Positions 54,520-64,000 of a DNA stretch of 64,000 nt are shown piece by piece (the first letter of the stretch is position 1; every line of letters begins with the position of its first letter). The stretch lies in the NCBI RefSeq assembly GCF_009914755.1, contig NC_060925.1, one strand, 5' to 3'. The notes beneath the pieces were generated by a model. That model was not told the origin of the DNA, ran no database searches, and worked only from the letters and a program-made list of their open reading frames with translations. The translations under genes were made by a program, and so were the position numbers. The DNA is from the human T2T-CHM13v2.0 reference genome, Homo sapiens.

Positions 54520-54920
54520 TGTGTTAGTTTGCTAGGACTGCCATAGTGATCCTACAGACTGGGTGGCTTAAACCATCAACATTTATTTTCTCTGGGTTCT
54601 GGAGGCTGGAAGTCCAAGATCAAGACACTTGCAGAGGGGTGGTTGCTCCTGTGGTCTCTCTCCTCGGCTTGCAGACAGCGGCCTTCTTGCTGCCTCTTCA
54701 CATGGCTGTTTCTCTGTGTACCCCTGTGGTCTCTTTGTGTGCCCAAATTTCCTCTTCTCAGAAGTACGCCAATCATATTGGATTAGGGATCACCCAAACA
54801 GGCTTAATTTTCTCTTGAAAGCCCCTATCTCCAAATCTAGTCACATTATGAGATACTGGGGGTTAGGACTTGAACATATGAATTTGGGGGGTGAGGAGGG
54901 ACATATTCCAGCCCATAATA
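54520..54920 (-). mobile_element. MLT1B-type LTR
   Basis: tgtgttagtttgctaggactgccata...ttccagcccataata. Confidence 0.85.
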
Positions 54921-57102
54921 GGTGTCCTCACTGTTTATTGTCTTTTTGTCTTTGGAGAGCTGAGACTGGAAGCCACCCCAGAATAGATGTCACACATTAA
55001 CCATAGCGTCAGGAAATCTCCATTTTCATCTTCAACCCTTCAACCCATCTGATCATTAATTTGGTTCATAAAGCCCCGGTGCTAGAAGTACAATTTTTGA
55101 GAGATATGAATTGCCTTAACAGAAGCCATTCCATCTTTAAGGGAATTTTAACATAAGCCTAGCAGGTAATAAAGTGGATGCATTTGTTCTCTAATTATTT
55201 ATTTATGGACTCACTTCCCTTGCTCAACCAAGGCCTCCTAAAAGGCACTGATTTTTCTTTGTTTATCTTGGTAGCCCACTGCTCAGAACAGAGTCCAGCA
55301 CATAGGGACTCACATGGTACCCTATCAGTGGAGTTGAATTTATTGAAGTTGCTTCACAGTTGAATGGGTCTTTGTGCCTAGAGAGGAAGGCATGAAAGGG
55401 AATGTTTAGTTGGAGGCCAGATAATACAGAAGCCGGACACACTTTTGGTCTTTGGACCCCAGCTTTGTGCTCTTCTTTCCCTCTGATACTCGATCCCTGT
55501 GCCCCTATGGAGTGAACACTCTGCCAAGCCTAAAAGTCTAGCCCAAATATGTCAGCTTTTTCTTATCCATCAGCCAAGTTCAGGGATATTCCTTCAAGCA
55601 TCAGGCCTAATTAAATGGGATGTGAAAGGCCAAACTGCCCTGTGCCTCCCACCCGATTCCTCCCCTGAATCCTCCACTTTCCAGTGGGAGAATTGGCAAG
55701 AGGGATGGGCTCCTGGTTGGCTGCCCATCTGTGGGGCTGTGCTGCGTCTTTGCAGAGCTCAGATGAGTCTTGGGGGAAGGCACCTTGTTGGGGCTCACTC
55801 AGTGCCACTCGTCCATATTCTCCATGTTCTTCTCGTGATGGGTGTTACACTTGTCCATTGTCCATTTTCCCAGCAGCCCACAGGAAAAGGGAGCCATCAC
55901 ATGGAAAAACAGGGCAGGGGATGTGGGAGAGAGAGAAGAGTGAGTGAGCGAGTGAGCGAGAGAGAGAGAGGTTATATGCACGTTCCTATCCATTTGTGAG
56001 TTTACTGAAACACTGGTATTTGTGTAAAGGAAATCATTTCACGATTCTGCTGCCTGATGGATGAAACTCGTTTGATCACAAGAGTAAATTAAAAGAAAAG
56101 CAGCCCTTGTCACATTTTCTGTATGCAGATAATTGAGAGAAGTGAACAAATATAGCCAGCAACCTGCATACATAATACAAGATAGAACATTTTAAAAAAT
56201 GAATAAGATTCAGAAACCCTAATCAATTACATTTTACAACAGTCAGTAAGTCTGTCTCTTATTATCTTTCTGCTGACCATAAGTGAATTAGCGCTTTCTG
56301 ATTAAAACCTTCTTTCCTTGGGCCAAAAATGTTAAGGGCTATCGCCTCTCTCCTCTTTCTTTTTTTCATTTATGTAGCTCTGAGCATGGTATTGTGGTCT
56401 CTCCTTCCAAATGTGTGGGGAGGGCAGGTGGCTGGGGGCCCCTCCATCCAGCCATCAGTGGGGACTTCACTCCCATCTGTAGTGTGTTCCCGCTAACCAT
56501 GCCAGGCAGCTCCTTCTGTATGCAAGGTTGAACATCTTTCTTCAAAACAAGTGCCTGTTGGTATATTTTCACCATTAATAAGCTGATTTTTTTATTATTA
56601 AAAAAAATTCTGAGACCACTTACTTCCTGCTGCTTTATTCATTTTGTTAATGCATGCTGTTTCTGAAAAAATAAATATTAATGTAGCATGTCTTGTGGGA
56701 GCAGGTCTTTTGGGGTGGAGGGAGGAGATCTGTGAGCCTGTGGATAACATATCTGAACCTTCTGCCATCAAAATAATAATTAGGCTTGTCCTGAGTAAAA
56801 GTAGTCCTTATTTTAGTAACCAGAAAGCTGTGAATCCTTCTTGCTGCCTCTGGGGTTGACTGATTCCTCCTCAGTGAGAATGTCTCTTTTTGGGACCTGA
56901 TATTACCACTGAGTGTGCTGATTGTCTTGTCAACCCTCTGATACAGGTAGAGAATGTAGCATTTAGGCAATTCTGAAAAGAAAAGCTTTAAATAAGTATC
57001 AGTGATCCAAATTGTCAGAGGGTAGGGAGATGGCAGGGGAAACAATGATTAATCATTAATCATATTAATGAAATGTGATTGTTTAATACTATGCAAGCAG
57101 TG

Positions 57103-57480
57103 TGTATTAGTCCGTTTTTGCACTGCTATGAAGACATACCTGAGACTAAGAAAAAAGGTTTAATCGGCTCCTGGTTTTGCAGGCTGTACAGGTTTCTGCT
57201 TCTAGGGAGGCCTCAGGAAACTTACAATCGTGGCAGAAGGTGAAGCGGAAGCAAAGCACATTTTCATATGGCCAGCAGGAGAGGGAGAGAGTGAAGGCGG
57301 AAGAGCTGTACACTTTCAAACAGCCAGATCTTGTGAGAACTCACTCGCTATCGCAGGAACAGCAAGGAGGAAATCTGCTCCCATGATTTAATTACCTCCC
57401 ACTGTGTCCCTCCCTCTCAACACCGGGGATTACAAATTTAACATGAGATTTGAGTGGGGACACGTAGCCAAACCATATTA
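57103..57480 (-). mobile_element. MSTA-like solo LTR
   Basis: tgtattagtccg...gccaaaccatatta; perfect TSD cagtg. Confidence 0.88.
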
Positions 57481-57579
57481 CAGTGTGATGAGTAAGGCCA
57501 AAGTTGGAAACACTGTCACTGGTCACCTCTTAGCCAGAGAGGTGTTGAATCAATTTATTCATTTTTATTAGTCAATCCG

Positions 57580-59000
57580 ATACGTTAGAGTTGAAATGGA
57601 TCTTGGAATTTGTGTAGTTTGCCTCCTAAGCCCCTAAAACAAACTTAGTGTAGAAGGAGAAACCTTCTCCAGCACATTAGATATATGTTTTATTGTGTTC
57701 TGCTTGGATCTCTTCAATTATGGGGAGCTCAATACTTTTCAAGGCAACCTTATTGACTGTGAGGCGGCGCTAATGGTTGGAAACTTATTTCTTTGTGGTT
57801 TTAGTTCAGAATCTTTTGGTTGAAAGTGGAGTAGAAAAAATCCCCTCCACTTTCAGTTAATTGAGCTAAAAGAGGAATTTACTGGGTTACATAACTTTCA
57901 AGATTCCAGGTAAAGTAGGGTTCAGGTGAGGCTTGATTCAGGGCTCAAAGGATATCACCAAGCTTCATCTCAGCTCTGTTTCCTTCTACTTGGCTTTGTC
58001 CTCTGGATCTGCTTGGTGGTCTCTGGCAAATTCAGACTCATTTTTTTATGACACCACACCAATGGCTCCCTTCTAATTCTTGGGAGTTTTTGTTCTCTCA
58101 CTGGCCCAAACTGGATAACATATCAATTCCCAATGACTTCATTTGGGTGCCACCTGCCACTCACCCACAGAGCCTGAGATTGAGATTTGAGTACAAGCAG
58201 TTAATGTGGAAGGTGAGCCCAGGGAAAGAGGGAAAGTCAATAAAAGATATATAATGAAACTGGTTACTGCTATGAACAAATGAGGCTCAGCCCTACCGGG
58301 GTCCCTCAGAAATTGTGTAGAATGCCCCCTAGAAGGACAAGATGTGATGGCTCATTGACACCCCATCTCCTGTCTCCACTGGTTGAAGATCATTTTTGGA
58401 GGCATTTGCTCCCTTCCACCTCCCCACTCTGGGCTGAATTCAGATGGGATGTGCTAGGGTCAGGGGGTAGGCTTCAGATAAAGGCCTGAGGCAGAAAAGC
58501 AGGGGGTCACAGCAGGTGCTTGAGCGTGATACTACCAGGGTCCTAGGAACTGGGTGCCCTGGCTCAGCAGAAACCACAGGTGGGCTGAGGGATACAGAAA
58601 GTGACTGCCACCACCAGCCAGGGCCTGTGGCCTGAGCATGCATTAAGCTGACTGGCTAAACCTCCATCACGGGCTACTTTCTTGAAGGTGGGTACGGAAG
58701 CTGCTCAAACTACATGAAATGAGAATGGAGAAAATGTCTCCGAAGAACAAAATCAGGGTGCCATTACCAGAAAAAGGAAGAATGCATGCTGGAGAGCAAA
58801 ATCAACAAGCATTCACTATACCACTGTTGAGCCAAAACCTGCCTTCTGATAACTTCCACCCATTCGATGGAATGTTACCTCTAAATGGAATATTGAATTA
58901 ACAATATGTTTCCCCCATACATGACAGCCCCTCACATATTAGGAGATAGTTAGCCTGTCTCCCTTTGGACTTTTCTCTAATCCAGTATGGGTTAGAGAAC
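57580..59000. mobile_element. L3/CR1 relic (~57580-57790, ~58820-59000), interrupted by old ERVL/MaLR LTR pieces
   Basis: ggggagctcaatacttttcaaggca; gagccaaaacctgccttctgataacttccaccca; catgacagccc. Confidence 0.55.
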
Positions 59001-59244
59001 CCATGCTTGGGTTCTGTAACTATTGGAGGACTTTTCGTGGTGGTCCTAGTCACCACTGTCTCCAACACTTCCATCGTTATGGTCCTCTATGGACCACTCT
59101 TTCAGCTCATTACAATAGGAAAGATGGGATTAGGTTCATCACAGTAAGGATAGATGTGCACAAGGTTAACCCTCGGGTTAAGAAATTGGGGGCATCTTGT
59201 GATGTGACCCTTGAAGTCTACTTTATTACATTCTGGTGATTTGA

Positions 59245-59635
<391 letters not shown>

Positions 59636-61119
59636 TTAGCCAGAAAATAATTTTCTCCTCTATTATCTAGTAATGGGCAATTCCTCAGTGGACAAATGCT
59701 GACTTGGCTTGCCCAGTGTCTTTTCTTCTGGTAACAGAATCCTGAATGACCTCTGTGGAAGCAGCCCCACTTCTGTGCTCAGTGTGGTTGGGATGGATGC
59801 GTGGTGAAATGAGTGACCTGTTCTTGACCAAGCAGAGTCCTCACACCCTTCTCCAAGGGGTTTGTTGATGGTGACTTGTGACCTTGTCTTGGCTAATTGT
59901 CATAATCCCATCAAGCATGGACTCATGACCCCAAGGCAGGACTGAGCACAGGATGCCTCCTGAAACATAGGTTTGGGGATGCTGGAGGCTTTTCCAGCCA
60001 TGTGCAGACTGAGGATGAAGCCACAAGAAAAGCATGAGATGACCAGAAACCAGATGTGTCGCATCCTTTTGACCTCTAAGTCCTGCCTCGAAGGAGCAGT
60101 CTAGAGTGGACGTTTCATCATAGGGGACGACACAGTTCTGATTCCTGCTTCTGCCACAAAATGAATCCTCATTAACACATTCATGACATTAAGACATTTA
60201 ACAGATTGTATCAAATACTGGGAAAAGAAGTGGATTCAAGTCAGAAGTTCTAGGATTTAGCTGGATACTACATCTCTCCACTGGGAGACAGGGTCTGAGC
60301 CAATTTTCTCATCTGCATGCCTAGATTCTGCTTTCAAGAAGATTAAGCCTGGGTAACAGAAAGTGGTAAGATAAAGTGATGTGATGGACATATGGGTATT
60401 GTGGTCCATCTTTATTAAACTATATGGTTAAAAAAAACCATCCACTAGGTCAAAATGGTCAGATCAGTAGCTCCAAGAAGACATGGGCTGAAAGGATCCT
60501 CCCTAGATGTTGAAACAACTGTGGACTTTCACAGAACATTTACTGTGTGCAATGGACAAGGTATTTTTTAGAGAGGTGATCTCGTTTCATCTTGATGACT
60601 CTATGAGCCAGGTACTACTACTATTCTGAAATCAAATATGAGAAATTGAAGCTCAAAAGATTAAATGACCTGCCCAAACTCATGCGGCCATACAGGCTGA
60701 CTCCAGGGCAGGTGCTCTTGGCTATTATCCTAGGACTTAGTAAAAGATCATTTTATTGGTAGCAGTAGAAATCTGTGTGGGCAAACATCATACAGCTACT
60801 AAATAAAGGTGCACAGTCATGAATTTGTTTTCAAAACAAAAGAGATATTAGCAGCATATTGTTTTCTAAATGATCCGCCTTGGGATTTCCAGCCTCCAGG
60901 CCTACACTTTCATGGTACTCTCGGAACACACTGGCCTTCACCTCCTCCCCATTTTTCTCTGCTTTATTATTATTAATCACATAAACAAGTTGCCAGCAAT
61001 AAAGACGGAAAATGGAAAGACAGAAAAATTACCCATAGTTCTATCCATTCTTTATATCTCAGATTCAATGACATATTTTCCAACAAATTGTCCTTGGAGT
61101 GTACTGCCTCTCACAAGCA

Positions 61120-61135
61120 TGCATGCATATGCACC

Positions 61136-61172
<37 letters not shown>

Positions 61173-61205
61173 GCACACATGCACACATACACTCACACAT
61201 TCACA
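61120..61205. repeat. (CA)n microsatellite
   Basis: Direct reading. Confidence 0.95.
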
Positions 61206-61212
61206 CTTATTA

Positions 61213-61292
61213 TTACATTGGTGGAAAAGTAATTGCAGTTTTTGTTATTAAAAGTAATGGCAAAAACTGCAATTACTTTTGCACCAACCTGC
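61213..61292. mobile_element. MADE1 (Hsmar1-derived 80-bp palindromic MITE)
   Basis: ttggtggaaaagtaattgcagtttttgttatta-aaag-taatggcaaaaactgcaattacttttgcaccaa. Confidence 0.93.
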
Positions 61293-62429
61293 AACCTGAT
61301 TGGTAGGATTGTATGTTCTTTGTTTTGCTGGACTGCAGTGGCAGCAGCCAGGCCTGCTCATCTCTGCTTCCTTCACAGCACCCTGTGAGGAGGCCTTGCC
61401 CACATCACCTGCTGAGTAATTATTTGTTGAATTACAAGCAGCATATAGTAAAATTTTATGTTCCTCTTCAAGGGACAGTGAGTAATGACACAGATTTAAA
61501 GTCAGCCGAATAGCTGGTATCTGGCTCTTAGTCTTAGCGAGGCTTTGACTAGTTCTTAAAAGTTGACATTCTTCCTGGACTTGCAGTCTGAGTGCATGAG
61601 GCTCTCCAGGGAATAAAAATTAGCCTGCTGTCTGAAATGTTTATGAAAACAGCTAAATTTAGATGATCAAAGATTTTGGGAATCCAGGGACCCTTGAGAT
61701 TGAAGACTGTGATATCTTTAACAAGTATCTCGAACGGCAAAGGTTTTTTCTTCAGAAATTCCCCTTCAGAGGCATTTAAAGTTCTAGTTGGAAGCCGTTT
61801 TAATTTCTCTTTAATTGGTGGGATGGAGCGAGGTCTTGTTTAAGTAGACCACTTGAACATTTTCTTTTCCTCTGTTCATTGGCTCCAAGCTAACTTTTGA
61901 AGAGAGTGTTGCTTTTGACCAAACTGGAATTAATTCTAAAAGAGAAGGCAGGTCTGTCGCTCAAGTTTAACATGTGGATGAATTTGCCATCTCGAATTAA
62001 AATGGAGGCTGCTCAAAAGATTCCAAAAGGAACTATCCTCTATAATTTTGCTAAAAATGTAGGAAATATGTTAAAGTCACAGAGATGAGAAACTTGCTCT
62101 AAGTCTTGCTTTTCCCATCAGAAAGCCCCCACTTTACACTTGGTTCATGGAACAATAATTGGCATTCTTGTTACTGGCTCCCAAGCAGTGATTTGTTGTG
62201 GAGGTCTCTGAAGAATGGGGGAGAGAAAGGAGACCCTGGGGAAGAGGAGGGTCTTTGTGGAAAACCCATCAAGGCCTCAGAGAGCAAAGCTAAAGGATCA
62301 CATCTTGGTGGGGAAGTCAACACTGTTGATTTCTGGGTGGCTATTTGGTTTGTACTGAATCTCCCATGGAGGGAGGCAGGACTGCAGAGTTTTGGGGAGC
62401 CCCGGCCTCAGTAGGGCACAAGCGGATGT

Positions 62430-62610
62430 CCTCTGGCTCACTCCATCTCCCTGTGACCTTGGGTAAACTATTTAGCCTCACGGGGCCTCAGATGCCCCCC
62501 TGTGAAGTAGGAAAGGTGATAGCCCTCACCTCACAGAGTGTCAGGGAACTAACCCAGGTATTGTGTGGAAAGCTTCATAAAGTGCTTAACCCAGAGCCTG
62601 GCACTTAAGT
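62430..62610 (+). mobile_element. MIR
   Basis: ctgtgaccttgggtaaacta...gcctcag...gtgcttaacccagagcctggcac. Confidence 0.75.
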
Positions 62611-63639
62611 ATTACTAAACAATTGCAAAGCAGGTGAAAGAAAATGCAAGCAGGACGCTTTGTTGAAATACAGGACATCAGTGGCAAAATCCTCCTCAGT
62701 CACGCAAATAAGACAGAATGCTGCAGAAAGGCATTCCGTAAATTCCAAAGAGCTTCCCAGCAGAGGTGACTGAGGGCCCAGGTGCACAGTACCCTGGAAA
62801 GAAGAGTGGGAGATAACTAACCCAGGAGGGAGGGGAAGGCCAGGGATGGGAATGTGGCTTCTCCCCAGCTGCTTGCTGCCTCCTGGCTTGACTTGATGAG
62901 GTTAGTTTGTTTGTAAACAGAATGCTCCAAATTGCAACTCTTTGCCAATCCTGTGCCCAAGTGGAAGAGCCTCTAATGAGCCAAAGCCTTAGTAATGACT
63001 GCAGTAAGCCCTGCTGGAGTGCATGGGGACTAGGACCAAGTGAGGAGGAGAGGTCATCAAGCTTTCAGTGGGGCTGGGGGCTTGGGGTTGAAGCCAGGAG
63101 TCACTAAAGGCCACCCAACGCCGAGGGAGAGAAAGACTTTGCCAGCCAGACCACTGCTTTTAGGGTTATGAAGTTTCCTTTGAAGCTCAGGAAGGATTTC
63201 TCCTCTTTGTCTTCTGAGGCAGGAGCTAACATGCCCTGGGTTTTCCCAACAAGTGAGGAAGGAAGGGCCGCTGCTGGGAAGTCAAAGGGAAACGCTTTCA
63301 TTAAGGAACCATCCCAGCCAGAGCTCCGGGAATGGAGTCCAGCCCAGTCCTTAGGAATATGCTTGGGTGGGATCATTCACACCAGAGGTGATGGTCAGGC
63401 AGGTGCACACCCAGGGTTTGCCTTCTGGTCTTCAAAGCAACACCACTGAAATCTAGAAGTAAGTTTCTGTAAGAGGTAAGGTGTTCCCAGGTGCGTGGGT
63501 CAGGTGGCCCTACAGCCCTGGGCAGCTGCACTATACTTGCTCTTCCCAATATGGATCATCCATCTACTGACCAGAACCAGAGATTTCAGGCTGGCTGGGA
63601 CTCACAGGGTTGACTCTGTGCCTTGAGGGCTCAACACAT

Positions 63640-63860
63640 GAGCTTTGGAGCCACACTGCTTAGGCTCAAGTTCTATTGATACCACCTCTCAGCTGGGTGT
63701 CCTTCGGCAAGTTGCTTAAACCTCTGTGGCTTGGTTTCCTCATCTGCAAAATAAGAATGATAATAATATTCATTTCAGGGGATGACCACAGAGATTGGAT
63801 CTGTTCAAACATGTAAACTGCTGACAACAGTATCTGGTGGTGAGTAAGCCTACAACAAAT
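63640..63860 (+). mobile_element. MIR
   Basis: gctttggagccacactgc...tttcctcatctgcaaaataagaatgataata. Confidence 0.8.
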
Positions 63861-63867
63861 ATAAGGC

Positions 63868-64000
<133 letters not shown>

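Noticed and set aside
55499-55999. 166-aa ORF
   Set aside because: GTG start, ends in a GA-rich repeat, no homology recognised

Overview
This is primate, almost certainly human, non-coding genomic DNA, not microbial. It is dominated by interspersed repeats: about 11 Alus (J, S and Y), a ~6.3 kb old antisense L1M, young L1PA 3' ends, many MaLR/ERV solo LTRs, one full-length THE1 provirus (LTR-int-LTR with TSD), hAT/mariner/piggyBac MITEs, and MIR/L2/L3 relics. I find no supportable protein-coding gene, CpG island, tRNA, rRNA or CRISPR array. The listed ORFs are repeat-derived or chance. The only RNA-gene remnant is a full-length antisense U6 snRNA pseudogene (50405-50508). The most interesting structures are: a local mosaic duplication with one inverted and one direct block (37.4-39.3 kb), which looks like a template-switch scar; a complete TTAA-flanked MER75 piggyBac element retaining a PGBD4-like transposase N-terminus, inside a five-level transposon nest; several small tandem duplications of unique DNA (148 bp x2, 42 bp x3); and a few well-formed + strand candidate non-coding exons. 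I did not find convincing evidence of a novel multi-gene biological system. Repeat subfamily names come from recalled consensus sequences and need RepeatMasker/Dfam confirmation. The chromosomal locus was not determined.
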